The notes: generated by a model from the sequence alone, not told the origin. 64,000 nucleotides of DNA from an uncultured virus (IMG/VR IMGVR_UViG_3300044984_001006) (IMGVR_UViG_3300044984_001006), one strand, 5' to 3'; counted from the first letter of the stretch, positions 1 to 7,869 are shown. Numbers and translations are program-made.

Positions 1-346
1 GCGGATCGCAAAAATCTTCAGCATGTATAGCATGTGGTACTTTAGATAATACTTCACGGCACTTTGCAATAGTTAAATGATGCTTTTTATAACGACGTGT
101 GTATTCAGAACCTAATGCTAACATATATTCATAACACCATAAGTAATTAGCTCGTGATGATCGTACCCATACTGCTGAAGGATGATTCATGTGTGTCTTC
201 TTATATGGTACATCATCTGGATTACCGGATAAATGATGCGCTGTACAAAGTAATTGTGCTGCTTCTAATACCATTTTAACAACATGCTTATTATAATGTT
301 GTTCTGCTGCTTTAACAGGATCTCTGTCTAAATAAAATATATTCAT
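1..346 (-). CDS. Pyrimidine-dimer DNA glycosylase / DenV-like family protein (3' end outside window)
   Basis: Manual translation from ATG at 346: MNIFYLDRDPVKAAEQHYNKHVVKMVLEAAQLLCTAHH...YKKTHMNHPSAVWVR, the typical N-terminus of this phage family. Confidence 0.75.
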   Translation of the reverse strand, partial: MNIFYLDRDPVKAAEQHYNKHVVKMVLEAAQLLCTAHHLSGNPDDVPYKKTHMNHPSAVWVRSSRANYLWCYEYMLALGSEYTRRYKKHHLTIAKCREVLSKVPHAIHAEDFCDP

Positions 347-362
347 AGTTAATTAGTTTTAG

Positions 363-572
363 TTATTTTATATTTGTTAATGGATAAGAGTCTAAGACAA
401 ACTCACTATATGTTTTAGAATTAAATTCTTCACTAGCTGCTTTCAAAGCTTGTTCTACATGATACTTAGCAAATTCAATTGCTTTATAAATTATTTCTTG
501 TTTACAGTTCACTGAAAGATTATCGTATTCATAATCTATTGAATAATCAAAGAAAAATTCTTCTGCTGTCAT
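363..572 (-). CDS. Hypothetical early protein
   Basis: ORF track, 69 aa, directly downstream of a repeated promoter motif. Confidence 0.6.
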   Translation of the reverse strand: MTAEEFFFDYSIDYEYDNLSVNCKQEIIYKAIEFAKYHVEQALKAASEEFNSKTYSEFVLDSYPLTNIK

Positions 573-597
573 AATTAGTTTGTTTTAGTTACATTAT

Positions 598-629
598 TAT
601 TATCAATTAATATTCGTGTTTGTTTTGTA
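598..629 (-). promoter_or_regulatory. Early promoter-like motif, first of 13 copies (minus strand TACA-N6-AYACGR-N8-TGATAATA)
   Basis: Same spacing in copies starting (+ strand tattatca) at 598, 2515, 3329, 3761, 4429, 5146, 5441, 5688, 6278, 6719, 6956, 7128 and 62913; most lie just upstream of a minus-strand ORF. Confidence 0.8.
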
Positions 630-720
630 GTCAGGACAGGATTCGAACCTGTAAGAAGGACTTATTTTCTTTTGCCTCTAACCAATTTGGTATAGCGTTT
701 AGCCATTCCGCCACCTGACT
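628..720 (-). tRNA. tRNA-like element (Leu/Ser-type D arm) with non-canonical anticodon arm
   Basis: Acceptor AGTCAGG/CCTGACT, D arm GGCGGAATGGCTAAACGCT, T arm ACAGG-TTCGAAT-CCTGT; no canonical 7-nt anticodon loop. Confidence 0.6.
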
Positions 721-1072
721 AACTGTACTTTTATGGATTATTAAAGCCAATCCCCGGTGAATTACAAAACCTAAACACTTTAGCACCCTCTTTCTTACAA
801 TAACTAATATTCATGCCAGATTTAAAGGTCTGGTGTAAGAGTAGGGTCACGTAGTTAATTTAACTTTCTAAATGGCTTGAAAGCTGCTAGAGACGTATTA
901 ACTACTTGCTGAGAACTCATTTGTGTTGTAGGAAAGATCTACCTCTTTAATCCTATTTGTTAACTCATTCCTTTCTCAAGGGAACAACACATCTACCATT
1001 ACTGATAGTATCTTCGATAGTTTTCAAGGTACAAGTTATGCACGCTATCAGGTATTCAATGTTTAACCTATT

Positions 1073-1144
1073 TGGAACTAAAAGGGGAATCGAACCCCAA
1101 AACCCGTCGGTCGTAACATGCCATTATAGCCCAGTACTTAGTTC
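1073..1144 (-). tRNA. Degenerate tRNA-like element
   Basis: GAACTAA/TTAGTTC terminal stem and GGGG-TTCGATT-CCCC T arm; D and anticodon arms not canonical. Confidence 0.4.
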
Positions 1145-1411
1145 TTTTGTTAGTGTGCAAACCGGTTATTTTCTTTATATGCACGCTTCAGTTGCAACCT
1201 TGGATCCGTTCCGGTCTATCTTTACGCAACCCCAGTAACTAACGTTTTAACAGTTCTTATTTAACGAACTCACTGCTACCTGAGTCGCGACCGGGGTAAC
1301 CCCAATCCCACATTCAGCATTACGTGCTGTTTCCCACGATAACACCGAGACTTATATATGCTCCAATTATTTTAACGGACTCGAACCGTTCATAATGCAC
1401 CGTGTATATTA

Positions 1412-1855
1412 TTATCTATTTACTACATAATTATAATTTATTGCAATAGCTTTTGCTGCTTCTTTATTATATGTTGCTTGTTGTGTAAATGTGCCAGACT
1501 TTTGAGGCGTTGGCAGGTGTATAGCAACCGCATTTGCATTATCATAGATCGCTAATTGTTCATTAACAATACCTGAATAGCATGCTTCATATAAGTCATC
1601 AACTTTTACTGATACATCAAAGTATATTATATCTCGATCAACCCATGCTCCAAAATAAGTGTTATAACCTGATAATACTCCTATATTTTCAATTATATAA
1701 TCTTTTATATCTTGCTCATTAACTTTATCAAAAGCAATTTCATAATCTGGTAATGATACCATATAGCCATCAGTAGGATTATAATCACCTGTTGTAAAGT
1801 TGTATGATACACCTCCGTTATCATTAATTTCTTTTAATAAGTTTCTTAAGTTCAT
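1412..1855 (-). CDS. Hypothetical phage protein
   Basis: ORF track, 147 aa, in the minus-strand early operon. Confidence 0.7.
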   Translation of the reverse strand: MNLRNLLKEINDNGGVSYNFTTGDYNPTDGYMVSLPDYEIAFDKVNEQDIKDYIIENIGVLSGYNTYFGAWVDRDIIYFDVSVKVDDLYEACYSGIVNEQLAIYDNANAVAIHLPTPQKSGTFTQQATYNKEAAKAIAINYNYVVNR

Positions 1856-1869
1856 AGTATATATATTTA

Positions 1870-2226
1870 TTAGTTACCGTTTTGTGCTCTGTCAAATGCT
1901 CGTTCTAATGCACTTGTTATTTCATCTGCTTCTATATCAATGTTTGATAATTCAATTCTATTATCATAATTAATATTAAATTCCGCTGAATCAAGATCAA
2001 TGTAGCTGCCATAACGATTATCGTCTAGCTCAACTCTAAATTGTTGTAATACATTTTCTCTTAAGTCAATATCTTTTGCTTCTTCTTTTGCTTCTTCTAA
2101 TAAGTTTAATACAACAGCTTGCAATTCTTCTAGCATAGTTATAACATCTACTTTGCTAAAGATGCTTGATGGTGATGCAATAACTGCGTTTCTTTTTAAT
2201 TCAAATGTGTTTTCTATTGATTTCAT
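1870..2226 (-). CDS. Hypothetical protein
   Basis: ORF track, 118 aa. Confidence 0.65.
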   Translation of the reverse strand: MKSIENTFELKRNAVIASPSSIFSKVDVITMLEELQAVVLNLLEEAKEEAKDIDLRENVLQQFRVELDDNRYGSYIDLDSAEFNINYDNRIELSNIDIEADEITSALERAFDRAQNGN

Positions 2227-2303
2227 AATTTTGTTTAATTTAATTTTATATTAGTTTTTTAGCATATTGCTTGTTTATAACGCTTTTTTGTTATAATATT
2301 ATT

Positions 2304-2507
2304 TTATATATCTTTTTCTACTAGTTCAGCTATGTAATTCCATAACTCTAAATCTCTCTTTGCTCCTCTAATCATAAGGTCTAGTTGCTCGTCTTCTAAT
2401 ATAGATAGATGATATTTTTTATCATTTTCTATATCTCTTATTTTTACTGTGATATTACTTATTTTAGAAAATGCTTTGTCTCTTAGTTTGTCTTGTAGTG
2501 CTGTCAT
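2304..2507 (-). CDS. Hypothetical protein
   Basis: ORF track; start just downstream of the promoter motif at 2515. Confidence 0.65.
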   Translation of the reverse strand: MTALQDKLRDKAFSKISNITVKIRDIENDKKYHLSILEDEQLDLMIRGAKRDLELWNYIAELVEKDI

Positions 2508-2536
2508 ATATTATTATTATCAATTATTGTCCGTGT

Positions 2537-2686
2537 TTAGTTTGTATGTAACATTATATTTTTATAAACTCTAGCGTATGCTTCTGCCATTTTTTCGTTG
2601 TTAGCATAATGTACACTTTGTACTTTATCTCGTAGCCATAAGTGGAATTTGTCACACTCAAGCATTGCTTTGTCTCTGTTACTCAT
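2537..2686 (-). CDS. Small hypothetical protein (49 aa)
   Basis: Manual translation MSNRDKAMLECDKFHLWLRDKVQSVHY...; fills the gap between neighbouring genes. Confidence 0.5.
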   Translation of the reverse strand: MSNRDKAMLECDKFHLWLRDKVQSVHYANNEKMAEAYARVYKNIMLHTN

Positions 2687-2688
2687 AG

Positions 2689-2901
2689 TTAATCGTTTTT
2701 TTCTATAAATTCAATGTGTTTACTTACGTGAAATCCTATCGTGTTATCCTGCTCAGTTATATAATAACCGTTGTTTTCTGATTCTAATTCAAAAAAAATA
2801 CCGCCGTTTTCAAATCTTAATACTTTGCCGTATGTTTCTAATGTTGGGTCAATATAATATGATTTACCTACAATTGCATCATAACTTTTTACTACATTCA
2901 T
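2689..2901 (-). CDS. Hypothetical protein
   Basis: ORF track, tightly packed. Confidence 0.6.
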   Translation of the reverse strand: MNVVKSYDAIVGKSYYIDPTLETYGKVLRFENGGIFFELESENNGYYITEQDNTIGFHVSKHIEFIEKND

Positions 2902-2902
2902 A

Positions 2903-3124
2903 TTATACTGTTTTTAAATTAATATTGTTATGATTCCATAATCCCTTGAATGCGAAGCCTTTACCTTTTGTAAAGCTACCTTTTTGTTTAGTAGCAACTT
3001 TGTTGTATTCGCTTTGATTGAACGGCTTACAATAACCGTGTATAGCAACCATTGTTTTATGGTGCTGCAAACATTTTTGCTTACGTTTGTTTGATCGATA
3101 TTCGATAAGTTCTTTCATTGTCAT
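2903..3124 (-). CDS. Hypothetical basic protein
   Basis: ORF track, tightly packed. Confidence 0.55.
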   Translation of the reverse strand: MTMKELIEYRSNKRKQKCLQHHKTMVAIHGYCKPFNQSEYNKVATKQKGSFTKGKGFAFKGLWNHNNINLKTV

Positions 3125-3125
3125 A

Positions 3126-3302
3126 TTATTCTCGTATATAAGTTAAACCTTTGTGATTAAAAAATGATGTGATGCCTTCAGTTTCGTTATCGGCATCGTA
3201 TATAAATGCGAATGATGGTGGTAAGTTTCCAACAGTATAACCTTTGTATGGTACTTTGTTTAGTAATAATCTGTTACCGGATAAAAATTTAATTGTATTC
3301 AT
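3126..3302 (-). CDS. Small hypothetical protein (58 aa)
   Basis: Manual translation MNTIKFLSGNRLLLNKVPYKGYTVGNLPPSFAF...; follows the promoter motif at 3329. Confidence 0.55.
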   Translation of the reverse strand: MNTIKFLSGNRLLLNKVPYKGYTVGNLPPSFAFIYDADNETEGITSFFNHKGLTYIRE

Positions 3303-3360
3303 AGTATATTATTTATTAGTTACATTTATATTATCAATTGTTATTCGTGTTTGTTTTGTA

Positions 3361-3624
3361 TTAGTATGGAATTACCTTTAATGTATTAGGTGTTAAATTT
3401 AATTTTTCTTCAATTTCTTTTAAAGTCATTGCAACTTTAGGATAACCTCCATTGAAGTATAAATCTACCCAATATGATTCGTTACATGTTTTGTCAAATC
3501 GTAGGCACGCACTTATTCGATCGTTTTCCGTAACACAACTAATTGCATGGTTAAGACCGTGTTGTTTTACAATTTCATTGAAAAATTCTATTCTGTCTGT
3601 TTCTTTTAATTCATTAATTCTCAT
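3361..3624 (-). CDS. Hypothetical protein
   Basis: ORF track, 87 aa. Confidence 0.6.
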   Translation of the reverse strand: MRINELKETDRIEFFNEIVKQHGLNHAISCVTENDRISACLRFDKTCNESYWVDLYFNGGYPKVAMTLKEIEEKLNLTPNTLKVIPY

Positions 3625-3765
3625 AGTTATATATTTTATAGGTTATTAATTACATACGATGCATTGCGCGCACCTTCAAAGAATTCAAATTTAATTCTAA
3701 TAAATAATCTTCGTAAAAATCTTTTGTTTGTTTTCATATTGTTTGTTTTAGTTACATTTATATTA

Positions 3766-4110
3766 TCAATATAGTTTCGTGTTCTGTTTGTATCTCACCA
3801 TAAAGTCATCAAACCAAGGTAATAAACCGTGTTTTGTTTCTAAAAAAGGTTCAAACTTTTTCATTCGTAATCGTGATGTGGAACCGAGTGCGTATAGCAA
3901 ACCGTTCAAACGCATTAACGTTGTTCTAGTGTGCCAACCGCAAGTAGAGATAGATATTGTACCGTCTGATTTCATTTTAGCGATAGGGTTACCCCATAGA
4001 CGCATATAAGTTACGCCATCATCTAACTTTGTTACGGACATATTGTCTTTGTGATAGTCTTTGCCGTTTAGGAATGCATTGATCGATTCCGTTGTTATCT
4101 TGTTATACAT
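3766..4110 (-). CDS. Hypothetical phage early protein
   Basis: ORF track; L.G..IA...GW.T.TT..RLN pattern that I recognise from phage early proteins. Confidence 0.65.
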   Translation of the reverse strand: MYNKITTESINAFLNGKDYHKDNMSVTKLDDGVTYMRLWGNPIAKMKSDGTISISTCGWHTRTTLMRLNGLLYALGSTSRLRMKKFEPFLETKHGLLPWFDDFMVRYKQNTKLY

Positions 4111-4130
4111 AATTATATTTTTATTAGTTA

Positions 4131-4229
4131 TTATTCTTCATCAAATGAACAGTGTTCTAAACAATCACCACATAACTCATCAAATATGTGATGTCTTGAT
4201 GCACCACAACAATCGCTGTATTCTTCCAT
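4131..4229 (-). CDS. Small Cys-rich (zinc-finger-like) protein, 32 aa
   Basis: Manual translation MEEYSDCCGASRHHIFDELCGDCLEHCSFDEE. Confidence 0.5.
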   Translation of the reverse strand: MEEYSDCCGASRHHIFDELCGDCLEHCSFDEE

Positions 4230-4230
4230 A

Positions 4231-4404
4231 TTAATCTTGATTTACTAAGTTAAAATCTACATCAAAAAAGTCATCGCTATCCAACACTAATTCCGCATTG
4301 TTATAATCGTATCTCGCAAACTCAAGTGCTTGTTCTTCACTTTGAGCTTCAACCGTTACTATTCTAATAAGTGTTTCGCACACTTCTACTTGAAATTCTT
4401 TCAT
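4231..4404 (-). CDS. DpnD/PcfM-like small protein
   Basis: Manual translation MKEFQVEVCETLIRIVTVEAQSEEQALEFARYDYNNAELVLDSDDF matches the ETL.R.V.VEA.SEE.A...Y....IVLD.EDF pattern. Confidence 0.65.
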   Translation of the reverse strand: MKEFQVEVCETLIRIVTVEAQSEEQALEFARYDYNNAELVLDSDDFFDVDFNLVNQD

Positions 4405-4437
4405 ATTATTTGTATTTAGTTACATTATTATTATCAT

Positions 4438-4836
4438 TTAGTAATCGTGTTGGCTTTGTATTTTAACCGGTTTTACTTCATATAACTCAATTCGTATATG
4501 GTTATTATATAATTTAAGTTCACTTTTTTTCCAACGTTCAAGTTGGTATTCTTTAGGTTTGTCATTTTCGTAATCAACTAGTACGTCGTACCAAACGTAT
4601 TCAATATTATCGTCAATACCTAGTTGCTCATAATTAAAATCGTAATACAAATAGTTTTCAAAATACCATTTAATTGCTTCTTTTAAGTCTTCCGCATAAA
4701 CGTGAGAAGACAAATTATAAGCAGAAACAAACTCTAATTCGCCTTCATTATAGTCATCAACGTATATTTCGTGATAACTTTTAATCAAATACTCGTTCAT
4801 ATCATTACTTTTTTTAGTTAATTTAGCGGACAACAT
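4438..4836 (-). CDS. Hypothetical acidic protein
   Basis: ORF track; true start probably the ATG at 4800. Confidence 0.6.
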   Translation of the reverse strand: MLSAKLTKKSNDMNEYLIKSYHEIYVDDYNEGELEFVSAYNLSSHVYAEDLKEAIKWYFENYLYYDFNYEQLGIDDNIEYVWYDVLVDYENDKPKEYQLERWKKSELKLYNNHIRIELYEVKPVKIQSQHDY

Positions 4837-4851
4837 ATTCGTTATTATAGA

Positions 4852-5121
4852 TTATCTAAACTCAATACCTCCTTCACTCAAATCAAACCATATATTAATC
4901 GCTTGATTTACACATTCGTTTTCGGTATCTCCGGATAAATATGGGTTAGCCGCATTGTAAACCGCTAATATAGTTGGGTCACCATTCCTACCCGTAAAGT
5001 CAACCGGTGCATCACCTTGCATGAAATCAATACCCACAATTTCATTACCCACTTTAACGATTAACACTCGTCTATCGTAATCATCACTCCAATACTCTAT
5101 TCTACTTTGTACTACTCTCAT
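4852..5121 (-). CDS. Hypothetical protein
   Basis: ORF track; follows the promoter motif at 5146. Confidence 0.6.
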   Translation of the reverse strand: MRVVQSRIEYWSDDYDRRVLIVKVGNEIVGIDFMQGDAPVDFTGRNGDPTILAVYNAANPYLSGDTENECVNQAINIWFDLSEGGIEFR

Positions 5122-5241
5122 ATTATTATTTTTTAGTTACATTATTATTATCAAACAACTCTCGTGTTCATCTTGTAAAGGTCATACTTCATTTATAAGA
5201 AAAAAAGGTATCACTGGTATTATCACCTGTCTCTCAGCTAC

Positions 5242-5439
5242 TTACGAGATAAAAACCACTCGTTTTAATCCCCAATCAATCACTTCATGGTCGTTATAAC
5301 CATATCTTTCCAACAATTCGTCCAAACTTTGGAATTTATTGGTATCGAATATTACTTCGAATGACACACCCACGGGTGATTTAAGTTTTACATATAATTT
5401 GTTAGTTACTTCCATTTTGTTTGTTTGTTTGTTACACAT
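5242..5439 (-). CDS. Hypothetical protein
   Basis: ORF track; follows the promoter motif at 5441; true start probably the internal Met (MEVTNK). Confidence 0.55.
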   Translation of the reverse strand: MCNKQTNKMEVTNKLYVKLKSPVGVSFEVIFDTNKFQSLDELLERYGYNDHEVIDWGLKRVVFIS

Positions 5440-5530
5440 ATATTATCAACTTGGTCTCGTGTTCGTTCTGTATGCTATACACATTAGGTAAAGTATGTGA
5501 TTAAAAAGTACCTTGGCGACCCAAAATCCC

Positions 5531-5586
5531 AAAAGTGCGACATTAGGGTCTTAAGTAATATAATAGTAGGCTAACGTCACACTTTT
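5531..5586. repeat. Inverted-repeat element, copy A
   Basis: AAAAGTGCGACATTAG-N24-CTAACGTCACACTTTT; related copies at 7513-7559 and 62582-62637. Confidence 0.75.
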
Positions 5587-5741
5587 TTTTACTCAACTTT
5601 GGCGGTTCGGTGCTTAAAGATCGATAAAAAAATACCGTGTAGGACGGAGTCTACTCTTCCGACGCTATTTCAAAGCCAGGCCAATGGTATTATCAAAAAA
5701 GAACCGTGTTCACTCTGTGTGCTATACACCCTAATCGGGTG

Positions 5742-5966
5742 TTATTCTACAGGTGATATGTATATTGTGTCATTTATTATCGTATCAATCTCAATGTGAC
5801 CATTTGCAGGTATTCCTTCTAGGTCATCATTCCAAATAAACACTGCTCCGGACTCTTCTGGGCTTGTTTTAGGCTCTAATAAGTCCTTCATTATAGTTAG
5901 TGCTACAATGCTTAATAATGCACCACATAATACAAGTATTCCAATTACTTTATTTTCTTCTTTCAT
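5742..5966 (-). CDS. Small membrane protein
   Basis: N-terminal hydrophobic helix VIGILVLCGALLSIVALTIM. Confidence 0.6.
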   Translation of the reverse strand: MKEENKVIGILVLCGALLSIVALTIMKDLLEPKTSPEESGAVFIWNDDLEGIPANGHIEIDTIINDTIYISPVE

Positions 5967-6064
5967 CTTTTTTAGGTTTTAATTTGTTAGTAATAAATGC
6001 GTCTAGTGTTGTACTCGTTTTCGCAATGCGAGCAATATACTTGTGTTTGTTGTTTGTTCTCATA

Positions 6065-6253
6065 TTAATTAGTTTTTAGTTTACTAATTTCTTCTCTTAA
6101 TTTTCTAACTTCTTCAACCCAGTAATTGCTTTGTTTTTCTTTGCTTCTGCATGCATTACAGGTTTCTCCCCACATACTTTGTACAACTTTACCACACGTC
6201 CAACATTCATATCCCATTATATTGCCCCTGTAATCTCTAACTGAATTATCCAT
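6065..6253 (-). CDS. Zinc-finger small protein
   Basis: CxxC...CxxC followed by a coiled coil. Confidence 0.6.
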   Translation of the reverse strand: MDNSVRDYRGNIMGYECWTCGKVVQSMWGETCNACRSKEKQSNYWVEEVRKLREEISKLKTN

Positions 6254-6327
6254 TTTATTTATTTTTAGTTACATTTATATTATCAATTGTTCGTCGTATT
6301 CGTTCTGTGTATAGCAACGGGTGGTTA

Positions 6328-6690
6328 TTAAACCACATCCGCTACTAATTGTTCTATAGTCGCTAGATGTCTGACATTACTTGGCATATCAGTTGATTGT
6401 GACCAGTATTCACGTTTAATCCAACAAGGCATTATTGATAGTCTTGGCAACATTACATCAAGTACCTCATCATGTTTGTAAGTTACTCGTTGATTTTTGT
6501 TGTTGACAAATGTTATCGTTTGATTGCGACCGTACCAAGATTTTCTCACTACAAAGTTTGCTCGTTCGATTGGCGGATAGATTAGAGCCAACTCTTCAGG
6601 TGTTAACTTCGCTATCGCTTCTTGTAATAATTCTTTGTTAGACTTTACTACTACTTCTTGTTCTACTACTTTTGTTACTTTAGTTTTCAT
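6328..6690 (-). CDS. Hypothetical early protein
   Basis: ORF track; follows the promoter motif at 6719. Confidence 0.65.
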   Translation of the reverse strand: MKTKVTKVVEQEVVVKSNKELLQEAIAKLTPEELALIYPPIERANFVVRKSWYGRNQTITFVNNKNQRVTYKHDEVLDVMLPRLSIMPCWIKREYWSQSTDMPSNVRHLATIEQLVADVV

Positions 6691-6750
6691 ATATATTTTA
6701 TTTAATTAGTTACACTTGTATTATCATTTAAACGTCGTATTCGTTCTGTA

Positions 6751-6930
6751 TTAGGTTATTATTGTGAATCTTAAACAAAGTCTTTTAAATACCTTTTCGA
6801 TATATTCAAAGTCACTTGAATCGATCAAGAGGTTAGCTCCTATTATTCTATAAGGATGTTCAAGCTTATTTGAATTAGACAATTCATTATAAATTTCTTT
6901 TTTGAAGTTCTTTTGGATTTTAATTATCAT
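6751..6930 (-). CDS. Small hypothetical early protein (59 aa)
   Basis: Manual translation MIIKIQKNFKKEIYNELSNS...; follows the promoter motif at 6956. Confidence 0.5.
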   Translation of the reverse strand: MIIKIQKNFKKEIYNELSNSNKLEHPYRIIGANLLIDSSDFEYIEKVFKRLCLRFTIIT

Positions 6931-6976
6931 GGTTATATTATTTAAGGTTCATATATATTATCAATCTTCCGTCGTA

Positions 6977-7102
6977 TTAGTTCTGTATAAGGTTTGGAAT
7001 ATGATTGATAAATTGCTTTAGCTCGCTTAGGATTTGAGGGTTCTCGGTCGCTAAATATTCTTTAATTAATTTTCTTACTTCGGCTTGGATAAATTTTTCC
7101 AT
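6977..7102 (-). CDS. Small hypothetical early protein (41 aa), first gene of the leftward block
   Basis: Manual translation MEKFIQAEVRKLIKEYLATENPQILSELKQF...; follows the promoter motif at 7128. Confidence 0.5.
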   Translation of the reverse strand: MEKFIQAEVRKLIKEYLATENPQILSELKQFINHIPNLIQN

Positions 7103-7159
7103 AATATATTTATTTTAAGTTCATATATATTATCAATGATCACTCGTGTCCAGTCTGTA

Positions 7160-7510
7160 TGCTATACGCGTTGCTCGCTGCGCTCGCTCGCTATTGCTAT
7201 TGCATTGCATCACATCATCATCATATCATATCATCATCATACAACGTACATACACTGATCACATCAGTACATCACACAGCACAGCACGTATATCTACAGC
7301 AATATCTCAATCATTCCCAGAAGTTCAAAGCAAAAGGCAAAACTTTTTCAACAAAACTTATAAAAGACCGGGGGGTGGTGTAAATCAGATTCATTTTCCT
7401 TTTGAAGTTTAAGTATTGAAATAGGTATGTAACCCCTTACTTCTATATATCTAATAACATATTTAATTACCTTACTTATATATATCTGATAGCATTTTTT
7501 ATCCCACACA
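7160..7510. other. Non-coding divergence region with short tandem repeats; candidate genome terminus or origin
   Basis: Strand switch point; GCTC, TTGC, CAT/CATAT and CACAG repeats, a strongly G-poor stretch, then a G6 run. Confidence 0.45.
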
Positions 7511-7512
7511 CA

Positions 7513-7559
7513 GTGTGACATTAGCTGGTATATTATATAGTAGTAGGCTATTGTCGCAT
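7513..7559. repeat. Inverted-repeat element, copy B
   Basis: GTGTGACATTAG-N23-CTATTGTCGCAT. Confidence 0.7.
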
Positions 7560-7622
7560 TATATTACAATGTATGTTTTACTATTTATACGTAATGATAC
7601 AGGTATACTAAAATCTATTTAT

Positions 7623-7868
7623 ATGGCACAGAAATTGAGCGCCGAGGCGGCAAAGAAAAAAGCAGCTAGAGATCTTGCTTACGCAAAAAGCCCTGACAGA
7701 AGAGCAAAGAAAGCAGATGCACAGAGAAAGAGAAGAGCAGATCCAAGTGGAGCTAAGGGTAAAGATTGGGATCACAAGAATCAGAGATGGGAATCACCTG
7801 CACAGAATAGAGGTAATGATGGTTTAGGTACTAAATCGGAGAGTGGTAAAAAATATAAAACAAGATAG
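7623..7868 (+). CDS. Basic protein with degenerate HNH-like motif
   Basis: ATG at 7623 (MAQKLS...); KGKDWDHK...SPAQNRG resembles a minimal HNH fold. Confidence 0.55.
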   Translation: MAQKLSAEAAKKKAARDLAYAKSPDRRAKKADAQRKRRADPSGAKGKDWDHKNQRWESPAQNRGNDGLGTKSESGKKYKTR

Positions 7869-7869
7869 C

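Noticed and set aside
957..1238. 93-aa plus-strand ORF
   Set aside because: Opposite to the local transcription direction, TTG start, and overlaps tRNA-like and structured elements
598..7159. Repeated motif as a CRISPR array
   Set aside because: Copies are degenerate, irregularly spaced by hundreds of bp and separated by ORFs; no cas genes
7146..7412. Plus-strand ORFs with His/Ile/Ser runs
   Set aside because: Translation artefacts of the CAT-type tandem repeats
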